64,000 nucleotides of DNA from NCBI GenBank assembly GCA_965218585.1, contig CBDCLE010000026.1:256001-320000 (forward strand). The letters are read 5' to 3'. The notes beneath the pieces were generated by a model, which saw only the letters and a list, made by a program, of their open reading frames with translations, did no database searches and was not told the origin of the DNA. A program made the position numbers and the translations under genes. Numbering within the stretch: position 1 is the first letter of the stretch; each line of letters opens with the position of its first letter. The DNA is from Terriglobia bacterium (lineage in GTDB: Bacteria > Acidobacteriota > Terriglobia > 20CM-2-55-15). Positions 19,546-29,840 of this stretch are shown here, piece by piece.

Positions 19546-20982
19546 ATGCGTATTAAGCTCATTGTCGCCGTCATGGCCATCTTGCTGATTGGATCGGTGA
19601 GCAGCGCTGCTATGGCCGGTCAGGCTCAGGCACGCACCTCCATCGGCGATACCGCTCTGGTGGCAGCCGTAAAGTCGGGAGATGTGGACAACGTCCGTCA
19701 ACTGCTGGAAAACGGCGCGGACGTGAACGCTGCGGCGGGCGACACCTCCACGGCCCTGATCTGGGCAGCCGTCCGCGACGACCTCGAGACTGCACAGCTG
19801 TTGCTGGATGCCGGTGCGGATCCCAACATTGCGACTCGCACAAACATAGTTCCGCTGTACGAAGCGATCACCCGAGGAAACACTGAAATGGTTGATGCGC
19901 TGCTCAAAGCGGGCGCCGACGTAAACGCGCGCGTTTATGAGGGCGGCGACACGCCGCTGATGAACGCAGCACGCGTGGGCGACCTCGAGATCGCCGAGAG
20001 ACTGATCGGTAGCGGGGCGGAAGTGCTGCCGACTGAAGACAACTGGGGACTCGATGCGATGATGTTCGCCGCGACGGGAAACCACGGTGATATCGTAAAA
20101 CTCCTCGCTCGGAACGGCGCGAATCCCAATACGGTCTCAACGTTCTTTGACCACACCGACGTTGAGTTCCAGTCCGGCATGCCGAGTTGGAACAGGACAA
20201 GTGGAGGCCTCACTGCACTTCACTTCGCTGCCCGAATGGGAAACGTCGATGCTGGAAGGGAGTTAGTGGCGGCCGGGTCCGAACTCGGAATCGAGGACGA
20301 GTTTTTCGGATATACACCGTTGCAGATGGCGGTTACAAACCAGCAAGCCGAGTTTGTTTCGCTATTGATCGAGGCGGGAGCGGATTTGAATGACGGTTCG
20401 TTGTACCTGGCCGTGGACGCCCTGTCCTATGCCGACAGGTTGGGTACGGTAACAAATCGACGCAACAGCTTCGCAACCCTTAGACGGCTTCTTGAGGCAG
20501 GTGCGGATCCCAACGCACCGTATACGAAGCAGGTTGCACGTCACCGCGGTTACCGGGCAGGTGCCGCACCGGGCGCGAGCCCACTCTACATCGCGACTAC
20601 GGGTACACGGCCCGATGCTGTGCAGTTACTTCTGGACTTTGGAGCCAATGCCTCGGCCGCAACCACGGCCGGCGCAACCTCGTTGCTGGCCATCGTCGGG
20701 TTCAGACCGGGACCGAGGGGGACGTTCGGTGGGCCCAGTTCTCTCGGCAATGAATCCGCCCGGGTCGAGATCGTGAAGTCACTGATCGCGGCGGGTGGCA
20801 ATATCCGTTCAGAGGACGGCAACACCGGAAACACGGTCCTTCATTTTGCGGCGGGGAACGGAATGAGAAAGGTCTATGATGTCCTCGTGGCATACGGTGC
20901 CTCTATGTCGGAGGAAAACGACGAAGGACAGACGCCGGCAGACTTGTTAGTCAGAATGGAATCTGCCAGCAGAGAGGAATAG
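19546..20982 (+). CDS. secreted ankyrin-repeat protein
   Basis: Signal peptide; repeated TPL/TAL...GADVN motifs. Confidence 0.9.
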   Translation: MRIKLIVAVMAILLIGSVSSAAMAGQAQARTSIGDTALVAAVKSGDVDNVRQLLENGADVNAAAGDTSTALIWAAVRDDLETAQLLLDAGADPNIATRTNIVPLYEAITRGNTEMVDALLKAGADVNARVYEGGDTPLMNAARVGDLEIAERLIGSGAEVLPTEDNWGLDAMMFAATGNHGDIVKLLARNGANPNTVSTFFDHTDVEFQSGMPSWNRTSGGLTALHFAARMGNVDAGRELVAAGSELGIEDEFFGYTPLQMAVTNQQAEFVSLLIEAGADLNDGSLYLAVDALSYADRLGTVTNRRNSFATLRRLLEAGADPNAPYTKQVARHRGYRAGAAPGASPLYIATTGTRPDAVQLLLDFGANASAATTAGATSLLAIVGFRPGPRGTFGGPSSLGNESARVEIVKSLIAAGGNIRSEDGNTGNTVLHFAAGNGMRKVYDVLVAYGASMSEENDEGQTPADLLVRMESASREE

Positions 20983-21012
20983 CACAGTTCCACTACGAAG
21001 GCGGCGGATCAC

Positions 21013-21043
21013 GAAAAGGCGGGCCTTTCGGGCCCGCCTTTTC
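21013..21043. terminator. intrinsic terminator (bidirectional type)
   Basis: GAAAAGGCGGGCC-TTTCG-GGCCCGCCTTTTC. Confidence 0.88.
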
Positions 21044-21137
21044 TTATTGAAGGTACGTTATACTTTTGTCCGACACGTCGTTAGACCGACCAACCGCAAC
21101 TGACATTTCTATTTTCAAAAGCTCGAAAGGAGATCGC

Positions 21138-21533
21138 ATGAGTAACGTTATCCCCGAAGGTATGCTGGATTTGCTGGAAGCACCCAATGTTGCAACGCTG
21201 TCAACGCTGATGCCTGACGGCAGCCCGCAGCTCACGCCCGTCTGGTTCGACTATGACGGTAGCCGAATCCGGGTCAACTCGGCGAGAGGTCGGGTCAAGG
21301 ACAAGAACATGCGCCGCGACCCAAGAGTGGCGATCGCTTTTGTAGATCCAAAGAACCCCTACCACTATCTTGAGATCCGCGGCCGCGTCGAAAAGATCGA
21401 CGAAGAGGGTGCAGACACACATATTGACTCACTGGCGAAGCGCTATCTGGACAAAGACACCTACCCTTACCGCAATTCTGAAGAAGTTCGGGTTATTTAC
21501 ACCATAGTCCCGGAACGGACCACGAGCAGGTAA
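21138..21533 (+). CDS. PPOX-class (F420-dependent family) oxidoreductase
   Basis: LSTLMPDGSPQLTPVW, KDKNMRRDPRVA; RBS AGGAG. Confidence 0.88.
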   Translation: MSNVIPEGMLDLLEAPNVATLSTLMPDGSPQLTPVWFDYDGSRIRVNSARGRVKDKNMRRDPRVAIAFVDPKNPYHYLEIRGRVEKIDEEGADTHIDSLAKRYLDKDTYPYRNSEEVRVIYTIVPERTTSR

Positions 21534-21545
21534 CGGCCAGTCCCG

Positions 21546-22376
21546 GTGGAACCGTCCCCTCCTACTCCCGCCCTCCTCTACGGAACAGCCTGGAAGGAAG
21601 AACGGACCGAAGCTCTCACCCAACTGGCGCTCCGGGCGGGCTTTCGCGGCATAGACACCGCCAACCAGCGGCGGCACTACGTCGAAGCTGCGGTGGGTAA
21701 CGGGCTGGCCGCAGCCTACACCGAAGGCCTGGTCCGGCGAGATGATCTCTTTCTACAAACAAAATTCACATTCCTCCCCGGTCAGGATCACCGCCTACCC
21801 TACGACCCTGCTGCCGAGCTTTCCGTTCAGGTCGCTCAATCCATGGCCAGTTCGCTCGAACACCTCGCTACAAACTATGTGGATTCCTATGTCCTGCACG
21901 GCCCATCGGCCCGCCATGGCTGGGGGGAAGCGGACAGAGAGGTCTGGACGGCAATGGCAGCCGAACGCGACGCTGGCCGCGCTCATGTGCTCGGCGTAAG
22001 CAACGTTTCCCTGAGACATCTGGAGCAAATGACTCACATCCACGGAGAGGCTCCTCGGTTTGTTCAAAACCGTTGCTATGCGAACCGTGGATGGGACCGG
22101 AAAGTTCGATCCTTCTGCAGAGACCACGACATCGTCTACCAGGGGTTCTCCCTCCTCACCGCCAACCCGGAAGTTCTCGATCATCCGTTCGTCGGAGAAA
22201 TTGCTGACAGGACTGGCTCCACCCCAGCACAAGTCGTGTTCCGGTTTGCCCGGGCCCTCGGCATGCTTCCACTGACCGGAACGTCCGATCCACGGCACAT
22301 GGAACAGGACCTGGCCAGTAGCGAGCTAATGCTCAGTTCCACGGAAGTCGAAACCATCGAATCCATTACAGGCTAA
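21546..22376 (+). CDS. aldo/keto reductase
   Basis: YGTAW, GIDTA, LQTK, YVLH, GVSN. Confidence 0.88.
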   Translation: MEPSPPTPALLYGTAWKEERTEALTQLALRAGFRGIDTANQRRHYVEAAVGNGLAAAYTEGLVRRDDLFLQTKFTFLPGQDHRLPYDPAAELSVQVAQSMASSLEHLATNYVDSYVLHGPSARHGWGEADREVWTAMAAERDAGRAHVLGVSNVSLRHLEQMTHIHGEAPRFVQNRCYANRGWDRKVRSFCRDHDIVYQGFSLLTANPEVLDHPFVGEIADRTGSTPAQVVFRFARALGMLPLTGTSDPRHMEQDLASSELMLSSTEVETIESITG

Positions 22377-22590
22377 AGTCCTCTGACTCCGAGGACCGGC
22401 CTGTCTTCACCCTCCACAAGCCAGGGCCCGTCATCCTAGAGTGCCCGGGCGCCTCATCGCAGCTGAACTGCCACTAAATCTATCCATCAGCGAAGCCGAT
22501 AAGAGTGTTGTAAGGCCCTTGAAACAGAAAGCGGGATCCAGGCGCGACCTGTTGTCCAAAGCTTTGAATTTCAAGGACATATGTGAGGAC

Positions 22591-24342
22591 ATGCAAGCAC
22601 TCAGACAAGACGAAATCGGGGTGGCTCTAGAGAGCATTACCGGAAACGCCGACATCGTGGGATTCACGCCGCGTCTGGCGGAATTGACCGATATCGCGCT
22701 CCCCCCCGACCCGGGCGATCTGGTCGAGCGCCTCAAGCAATTGAACGAGGTCGGCGTGGCGCTCTCCACCGAAACAGAAATCGACTCACTCCTGGAAACG
22801 ATACTGGTGGCGGCAAAGGCCACGACCAACGCAGACGCCGGAACGCTCTACCGGGTCACCGAAGAGCACACCCTCCAGTTTGAGATCATGCGTACCGACT
22901 CTCTTGGCATCGCGCTGGGCGGAGCCTCGGGAGCTCGAGTCGAGTTTGATCCGCTGCCGCTATACGATAAGAATGGCAATCCCATCTACTCGAATGTTGT
23001 GGCGTATGCCTATCATCACGACACATCGCTGAACATAGCGGATGCTTACACCGAACAAGGCTTCGACTTCTCAGGCACGCGGGAATTCGACAGAAAGACC
23101 GGTTACCGTTCGACGTCGTTCCTGACCGTACCGATGAAAAACCATGAGAACGAAATCATCGGTGTTCTTCAGTTGCTGAATGCTAAACACCCAGTAACGG
23201 ACGAAGTGGTTCCCTTTTCACACGAAGACCAAGACCTGGCAGAGTCGCTGGCATCACAGGCCGCAATCGCCCTTACCAATCGTCTGTTGATCCACCGGTT
23301 GGAGAATCTTTTCGAGTCCTTCATCGGCCTGGTGAACGGTGCTATCGACGAAAAATCTCCCTATACGGGCGGACACTGCGACCGCGTCCCTCTGCTGACG
23401 ATGATGCTTGCCGATGCCGTCAACAGTTGCGAGGTGGGTTCACTCGCCTACTTCACCATGACCGAGGAAGATCGTCATGAACTGAAGATCGCCGGCCTTC
23501 TGCACGACTGCGGCAAGGTCACCACACCGGTTCACGTCGTCGACAAGGCCACCAAGCTGGAAACAATCTACGATCGAATCAACACGATCGAAACACGCTT
23601 CGAAGTCGTCCGCCGGGACGCCGAGATCGCGATGCTCTGCGCCAAAATCGACGCCATGCAAAACGGACTGGACGATACAGCGAAAAGGATTGAGAGCGAC
23701 TTCGAACAACAGGTCGCCGAAATGGAATCCGATCGCAAGTTCCTGCGTGTCTCGAACGTCGGTGGTGAGTTCATGAAGCCCGAGGACATCGAACGCATCA
23801 TGGATATCTCCTCGAAATACCGATGGACAGACTCCGACGGACGCCACACCGACTTCCTGACAGAAAACGAAATCGAGAACCTCACAATCCGCGCAGGCAC
23901 GCTGACCGAAGAGGAACGCGGGATCATCAACGAACACATCGAGGCGACCAACCGGATGCTCGAGGCCCTGCCATGGCCCAAGCACCTCAAGAATGTTCCC
24001 GAGTATGCAGGTGGACATCACGAAAAAATGGATGGAACGGGCTATCCCAAGGGTCTCACTCGTGATGACATGTCCGTGCAGGCGCGTTGCATGGCGATCG
24101 CGGACGTGTTCGAAGCCCTTACGGCCAAGGATCGGCCCTACAAGAAAGGTAAAACGCTTTCCGAGTCACTGGAAATTCTCGGCAAGTTGAAGCTCAACGG
24201 CCACATCGATCCCGATCTGTTCGACGTGTTTATCTGGGAAAAGGTCTACCTGAGATACGCCGAACAGCATCTGGACCCTTACCAGATCGACAAAGTCGAC
24301 CTCTCGAAGATCCCCGGCTACGAACCGCCCCCTGCCAGCTAG
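22591..24342 (+). CDS. GAF + HD-GYP cyclic-nucleotide phosphodiesterase
   Basis: GAF (IIGVLQLLN), LLHDCGK, HHEKMDGTGYP; RBS GAGGAC. Confidence 0.9.
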   Translation: MQALRQDEIGVALESITGNADIVGFTPRLAELTDIALPPDPGDLVERLKQLNEVGVALSTETEIDSLLETILVAAKATTNADAGTLYRVTEEHTLQFEIMRTDSLGIALGGASGARVEFDPLPLYDKNGNPIYSNVVAYAYHHDTSLNIADAYTEQGFDFSGTREFDRKTGYRSTSFLTVPMKNHENEIIGVLQLLNAKHPVTDEVVPFSHEDQDLAESLASQAAIALTNRLLIHRLENLFESFIGLVNGAIDEKSPYTGGHCDRVPLLTMMLADAVNSCEVGSLAYFTMTEEDRHELKIAGLLHDCGKVTTPVHVVDKATKLETIYDRINTIETRFEVVRRDAEIAMLCAKIDAMQNGLDDTAKRIESDFEQQVAEMESDRKFLRVSNVGGEFMKPEDIERIMDISSKYRWTDSDGRHTDFLTENEIENLTIRAGTLTEEERGIINEHIEATNRMLEALPWPKHLKNVPEYAGGHHEKMDGTGYPKGLTRDDMSVQARCMAIADVFEALTAKDRPYKKGKTLSESLEILGKLKLNGHIDPDLFDVFIWEKVYLRYAEQHLDPYQIDKVDLSKIPGYEPPPAS

Positions 24343-24824
24343 TCGCCAAGATCCAACTTCATATAGACCACATCTTCGATAGGGTTTTCGTAATAGGGTG
24401 CGACTTCACCAAAGCCGAGCGACCGATACAGTTCCCTTGCCGGCAACATCGAAGCAAGTGTATCCAGCACCATCCGGTTGTAACCCATTTCCTTCGCTCG
24501 CCCGATGAGGGTTCGGACCAACTCCCGCGCGACGCCCTGCCCTCTGGCAGAAGGCCTTACATACATCCGTTTCAGCTCGCAGATCTGTTTTTCAAACGGG
24601 CGAAGGGCCACGCAACCGACGATCGCTCCATTCCGCCTAGCCAGCAACAAACAGCCCTTCGGTGGCCCATACACGTCCGGTAACGCTTCGAGTTCGGAGG
24701 CAAAATTCTGAAAACTCAGATCGAGACCTATCTCCTCCACGTATTCCTCAAACAACCTTCTCGCTTCGAGAAATTCAGCCGGTGTTTGGGCATTCGCAAT
24801 GACTATGTTTACTCGTCCATCCAT
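24339..24824 (-). CDS. GNAT acetyltransferase
   Basis: CELKRMYVRPSARGQG, LYRSLGF. Confidence 0.9.
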   Translation of the reverse strand: MDGRVNIVIANAQTPAEFLEARRLFEEYVEEIGLDLSFQNFASELEALPDVYGPPKGCLLLARRNGAIVGCVALRPFEKQICELKRMYVRPSARGQGVARELVRTLIGRAKEMGYNRMVLDTLASMLPARELYRSLGFGEVAPYYENPIEDVVYMKLDLGD

Positions 24825-24835
24825 CGCAAGTCCCC

Positions 24836-24897
24836 TGTAGGTGCGATCTATGACCGCACAGCTCTTATTCGTTGTGCGCTCATAGACCGCACCTACA
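24836..24897. repeat. REP doublet (GTAG family)
   Basis: TGTAGGTGCGATCTATGACCGCAC...GTGCGCTCATAGACCGCACCTACA. Confidence 0.8.
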
Positions 24898-24909
24898 GAA
24901 ACAAGAAAG

Positions 24910-26754
24910 CTAACTTTTCGCTGCGATCACTTCGAGAAAGGTTTGCCCGTACCGTTTCAGTTTCGACTCTCCGACACCGGATATCCCGGCGAACTCGGCT
25001 TTCGAGCTCGGCCGGTGCCGCACGAGCTCGACAAGTGTCGCGTCGTTGAACACGATATACGCGGGCACGTTCTGAGCCCTGGCAATCTGGAATCGCTTCG
25101 CGCGCAATCGATCGAAGAGCGCGAGGTCCTCCGCCGATGACATCACGAATGCGTCGGCAACCTTCCGCTTGGCCTTCAGTTTTCGTGCCGGCCGCCCAGC
25201 TTCCTTCCTGAGTGACACGGAAGCTTCGCCGCGTAAAACGGACACGACCCGCTCGCCCGGGCCCAGTCGCAATACGCTGTGGTTTTCCAGGTCGACGCGA
25301 ATCATTCCGAGAGCTACCAGCTGTCTCAGAACGCCCAACCACTGTCGATCGTTTAGATCGGTACCCATGCCAAATACTTTCAGGCGGTCATGGCCGAAAC
25401 GTCGAGCCTTCTCGGTGATCTTGCCAACCAGCACATCCACGATATGCCGGGTTCCGAAAGATTCACCGCATCGGTGGATCGCCGACAAGGCCAGACGCGT
25501 CTCCCGGGTCGCATCGATCACCTCGACCGGCTCAAGACACGTGTCGCAATTACCACATGGATCAATCTGTTCACCAAAGTATTCGAGCATGACCTGGCGG
25601 CGGCAGCGTGCTGTTTCGCAATAACCCAACAGGGCTTCGAGCTTCCTGTGTTCGATCCGCCGGACTTCGTCGGGTGCCGTCGATTCCTCCATCAGGCTCC
25701 TGAGCAAAGCCAGATCCTGGAGACCGTAAACCATGAACGCGTCGGCAGGCAGGCCGTCGCGTCCGGCCCGACCCGTCTCCTGGTAATAAGCCTCGAAGGA
25801 TTTCGGCATATCCATATGGGCCACAAAGCGAACGTCCGGCTTGTCGATGCCCATTCCAAAGGCAATCGTCGCTACGATCACGACGCCATCCTCCATGATG
25901 AAGCGTTCGTGATTGCGCGTTCGGGTTCGAGCGTCGAGCCCAGCGTGGTAGGACAACGCACGAACCCCTTCTTTTTCCAGATAAGCCGCCATACGGTCTA
26001 CGCTCTTGCGACTCATCGCATACACGATCCCCGCCTCGTCGCGGTGGCCGGTCTTGATGAAATCCAGCACCTGACGCTTCGGATTGTCCTTCACGCGCAC
26101 GCGGTAGTGTATGTTGGGCCGGTTAAAACTGGCGATGAACACGCGCGCCTGTTCGAGGCGGAGCTGGTGGATGATATCGCGGCGCGTAACGTCATCGGCC
26201 GTGGCAGTGAGCGCGATTCGGGGCACCGAAGCGAAACGATCGGTAAGCAGGGCGAGCTTTCGGTATTCCGTCCTGAAATCGTGTCCCCACTGGCTGACGC
26301 AATGTGCCTCGTCGATGGCAAACAACGCGATCTCCGATCGGTCGAGTTGTTCCAGAAGACTATCAGTCAGCAGACGTTCCGGCGACACATACAGGATGTC
26401 GAGTTCTCCGTGATCAATCGCTCTTCGTGCGGCCCAAGAATCATCGCGGCTCAGGTTGGAAGTCAACGCTACAGCACGGACGCCGGACTGGCGTAATTGT
26501 GAAACCTGATCCTCCATCAAAGCAATCAGTGGCGACACCACTACACCCATACCGGGCCGGCACAGTGCAGGCACCTGGTAACAGATGGACTTTCCACCCC
26601 CGGTCGGCATCAGGACCAGCGCATCGCCTGAATCGGCAACATGAGTGACAATTTCTTCCTGAAGACCGCGAAAACCAGAATGGCCGAACACACGAGCCAA
26701 GACCTCATGAGGGTCCTGTCCGGTCCCAAACATGTTGGAGGAGATTTCTGCCAT
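24910..26754 (-). CDS. recQ: ATP-dependent DNA helicase RecQ
   Basis: MPTGGGKS, DEAHCVSQWGHDFR, QETGRAGRDG, Zn-binding CRR..CGNCDTC, HRDC domain. Confidence 0.96.
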   Translation of the reverse strand: MAEISSNMFGTGQDPHEVLARVFGHSGFRGLQEEIVTHVADSGDALVLMPTGGGKSICYQVPALCRPGMGVVVSPLIALMEDQVSQLRQSGVRAVALTSNLSRDDSWAARRAIDHGELDILYVSPERLLTDSLLEQLDRSEIALFAIDEAHCVSQWGHDFRTEYRKLALLTDRFASVPRIALTATADDVTRRDIIHQLRLEQARVFIASFNRPNIHYRVRVKDNPKRQVLDFIKTGHRDEAGIVYAMSRKSVDRMAAYLEKEGVRALSYHAGLDARTRTRNHERFIMEDGVVIVATIAFGMGIDKPDVRFVAHMDMPKSFEAYYQETGRAGRDGLPADAFMVYGLQDLALLRSLMEESTAPDEVRRIEHRKLEALLGYCETARCRRQVMLEYFGEQIDPCGNCDTCLEPVEVIDATRETRLALSAIHRCGESFGTRHIVDVLVGKITEKARRFGHDRLKVFGMGTDLNDRQWLGVLRQLVALGMIRVDLENHSVLRLGPGERVVSVLRGEASVSLRKEAGRPARKLKAKRKVADAFVMSSAEDLALFDRLRAKRFQIARAQNVPAYIVFNDATLVELVRHRPSSKAEFAGISGVGESKLKRYGQTFLEVIAAKS

Positions 26755-26867
26755 CGTCAGTCATCTTACGGTCAACGGTGGACTCCACCGGGCCATGTGT
26801 TCTGTTGCTATGCAATTGTGAATCCAACGATAGACATATATCTTGTTATTTTCTGGAGGACCTGGAG

Positions 26868-27888
26868 TTGAGCGAAATCGATCCATTGAAAATCATGCAG
26901 TCCGGTCTCGGGTTCTGGCAGGCCAAATGTCTCCTGTCGGCCATCGAACTGAACGTCTTTACAGAACTCGGGAAGGGACCGAAGACACGAGAGGCGATCG
27001 GAGAGACCCTTGGGTTGCATCCCAAAGGAATTCCGGATTTTCTCGACGGTCTTGTGGCAATGAAGTTCATTGAACGCGATGGTGGTGGAGAAGAGGCGAT
27101 CTACAGAAATAGCGAAGGAGCCGGACGTTTTCTCGACCGTAACAGCAGCGAATATATGGCCGGTTATCTGGAAATGGCCAACAGCCGATTGTTCCCCTTC
27201 TGGGTGGGTCTGACCGACACCTTGCGAACCGGCAAACCCCAAAACGAGGTCAGGGGTTCGGGACCACAGATTTTCGACGAGCTATACCGCGATCCTGATC
27301 GCCTGGAACAGTACGTGAATGCGATGAGCGGCATCGGCATGTCGAACTTCAGAGCTTTCGCCCGAATTTGATTTCTCCAGCTTCCGCACTCTTTCCGACA
27401 TCGGCGGTTCCGGTGGCCGGTTTTCCATCGAAGTGGCACGTGCTCATCCTCACATAAAGTGCGTTACGTGCGATTTGCCAGCGGTGGAGTCCATTGCCCG
27501 GCGCACGATCGCTGAAGCCGGTTTGGGGGACAGGGTCAGCGCCGTCACATGCGACATGTTCGAAGACCCCTTTCCTGCCGCGGACATGATCACCATGGGG
27601 ATGGTTCTGCATAACTGGAGCCTGGAAAAACAAATGCTTCTCATCCGAAAGGCATTCGAAACTCTGCCATCGGATGGAGTCTTTGTGATCGTGGAAAACC
27701 TGATCGACGACGAGCGGCGGGAAAATCTGTTCGGCTTGATGATGTCTCTGAACATGCTCGTGAGCTGTGGAAATGCAGCCGATTTTACAGGACAGGATTT
27801 TGCCCGATGGTCCAAGGAGGTCGGGTTTCGGCGAACTGAAGTCCTGCATCTACTGGGGCCGTGCAGCGCGGCTATAGCATGGAAATGA
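26868..27888 (+). pseudogene. O-methyltransferase (dimerisation + Methyltransf_2), frameshifted
   Basis: Halves in different frames; shift near 27365 just before FDFSSFRTLSDIGGSG. Confidence 0.8.
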
Positions 27889-28021
27889 TTCTGAAGACAC
27901 GGATGTTGGGCAAGTGAAAGAGTAGAGAAGACTACGGTGCCCGGGATACACGCGAACTCCTGTTCAATTCTGCGGCACCGATTCCAGTGCGGTGTGCCTT
28001 CTAAATGCTCATAATGAAGTG

Positions 28022-28363
28022 ATGTCGTCCGAATCGATCGTTTCACAGATCCAACGTGAAGTAACTTCGTGGCCCGGAGTCAAGGCGGAGCGTGGGGGCG
28101 GCATTCTCTTCTTCCAGATCGGTGATCGCGAGGTCGGCCATCTGCACGGCAACCAGCTGGCGGACGTGCCCTTCCCTGTTCGAATTCGGGAGAAGGTAGT
28201 GGCGGAGGGCAAAGCGGACCTTCACTACCTGCATCCGGAATCCGGATGGATTACCTACTACATCCACGGAGAGGAGGATGTAGAGCCGATCATCGAGCTA
28301 TTTCGCTTGAACTACGACCGCCCCTGGCTGAACCGGGAATCTCTAACTGAAGGGCGTCGATGA
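28022..28363 (+). CDS. DUF5519/luciferase-like small protein
   Basis: WPGV, REVGHLHG, ADVPFP, HYLHPESGW. Confidence 0.75.
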   Translation: MSSESIVSQIQREVTSWPGVKAERGGGILFFQIGDREVGHLHGNQLADVPFPVRIREKVVAEGKADLHYLHPESGWITYYIHGEEDVEPIIELFRLNYDRPWLNRESLTEGRR

Positions 28364-28974
28364 TGCGAAGGCTGCTTCTTCTACCAATGCTCCTGATCCT
28401 TGGGTCGATTCCCGTGGAGTCCCAGACGCCAGCGTCCGAACCCGCTGCCGGTGTGTTCCTGGTTGCAAAACCCGAGATGCCCGACCCACGTTTTCAGGAA
28501 ACCGTAATCCTCCTGCTTGCACATGACGATGATGGTTCGATGGGATTGGTCATCAACCGTCCCACAGACATCACAGTTCCCGGCACCCCTGACACCCCAC
28601 ATTTGATTTATCGCGGCGGGCCGGTCGCCGCAAATCAGATCTTTGCCCTCGGGCGTGGCACACCGCCCGAAGGCCCGTCACAGCCGCTATGGGAAGACGT
28701 GTGGTGGAGCACACAGCGCGGAGTGATCGAAACGCTCCTGGCCGAGGAGGCCACACCCGATAGACTGCGTGTGTTCACGGGATACGCGGGCTGGGGTGCA
28801 GGTCAGTTGGATGCAGAACTCCGAGCGGTCAACTCGTGGGTACTACTGGAGGCCGATCCCGATGACGTTTTCAGCCAGGAGACTGAAAGCCTCTGGGACC
28901 GGCTCACCGGCCGCGACCGCCCCCTTCTAGCGTGGCATCGAGCCACTCTCGGTCGAAAGCCGCCGAACCCCTAA
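28360..28974 (+). CDS. YqgE/AlgH family protein with signal peptide
   Basis: DPRFQETVI, GLVINRP, GGPV, GYAGWGAGQL. Confidence 0.88.
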   Translation: MMRRLLLLPMLLILGSIPVESQTPASEPAAGVFLVAKPEMPDPRFQETVILLLAHDDDGSMGLVINRPTDITVPGTPDTPHLIYRGGPVAANQIFALGRGTPPEGPSQPLWEDVWWSTQRGVIETLLAEEATPDRLRVFTGYAGWGAGQLDAELRAVNSWVLLEADPDDVFSQETESLWDRLTGRDRPLLAWHRATLGRKPPNP

Positions 28975-29264
28975 GATGATCCGGTCTTGAAAAGCTTGTC
29001 TTCGAGATTCGCATCCTTGTCGGTCCGGGTGCCAATTTTGATGGCCGTGGACAGACGCGTTGTGCCTTCGGCGTGAAGCGTCTCGTGCACCCTTTTGATA
29101 GTTGAGAGAATCGTGTCGAGATCCCCTTCCACATTCGTCCCGTAGGAATGGAGCTGCACCTTGAGCCCCGAAGCCCGAATCACCTCATGAGCTCGTTGGA
29201 CTTCGGTTCGGACCGACACGCCGACACCGATCGGAACTACCTGAATTTCAGCAAGTGCTTTCAT
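28971..29264 (-). CDS. MTH1187/YkoF thiamine-binding family protein
   Basis: VVPIGVGVSV, YGTNVEG, IGTRTDK. Confidence 0.85.
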   Translation of the reverse strand: MKALAEIQVVPIGVGVSVRTEVQRAHEVIRASGLKVQLHSYGTNVEGDLDTILSTIKRVHETLHAEGTTRLSTAIKIGTRTDKDANLEDKLFKTGSS

Positions 29265-29423
29265 GTCCACTACTTTAGCTGCTTGGCCGGCCACCGAACA
29301 GGTCTCCTGCATCCATCGGGATAATCGCGACTTGACTTCTGCAGGGGGGCTGCGAAACAGAAACATCAATATCCCTGACGATTACTTTGCAGGACGATCC
29401 GTTTTGCGATAGAAATAGAGTGA

Positions 29424-29819
29424 ATGAGTAAGACCGACATCTACCCTGCCGCCCGCGTTCTGGACACCTGGGTGAACCACGCCTGGAAGGAAGGTCTCCA
29501 GCTGGAGTCGGTGGATGATTTCACCGAAATTCATGTTCAGACGCGCAACAGCACTTACGAAATCACGGTCATCGATGGGTTCTCAAGAGAAGTCGTCGTC
29601 CGGGGCGGCCGTTTCTTCCCTGAAAAGACACGCGTTCATCTGGCGGGAAGTTCGCTGGGTGGAGGTTTTCTCAAGGTCGGAGGCATCTACGTCGGCTTCA
29701 GCCTTGAACTCGTATCAAGCGAAGACACGATTATCACGACGCGAGTCCGGTCCATCGTAGTCTATTCGACACCTCAATCCGCAAAAAAACGACAGACCCA
29801 CCCCACGCGCGGAGATTGA
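29424..29819 (+). CDS. hypothetical protein
   Basis: 131-aa ATG ORF filling an intergenic gap, globular beta-rich composition. Confidence 0.65.
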   Translation: MSKTDIYPAARVLDTWVNHAWKEGLQLESVDDFTEIHVQTRNSTYEITVIDGFSREVVVRGGRFFPEKTRVHLAGSSLGGGFLKVGGIYVGFSLELVSSEDTIITTRVRSIVVYSTPQSAKKRQTHPTRGD

Positions 29820-29840
29820 CCGGATCTATCGTCCCTGTTT

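Noticed and set aside
25390-26496. Long antisense ORFs (e.g. 25390..26496, 37413..38669, 48792..49847, 29961..30869, 54825..55760)
   Set aside because: Shadows of well-supported genes on the opposite strand in GC-rich DNA; no motifs
27369-27371. TGA in the O-methyltransferase as selenocysteine
   Set aside because: The downstream half is in a different frame, so this is a frameshift, not readthrough
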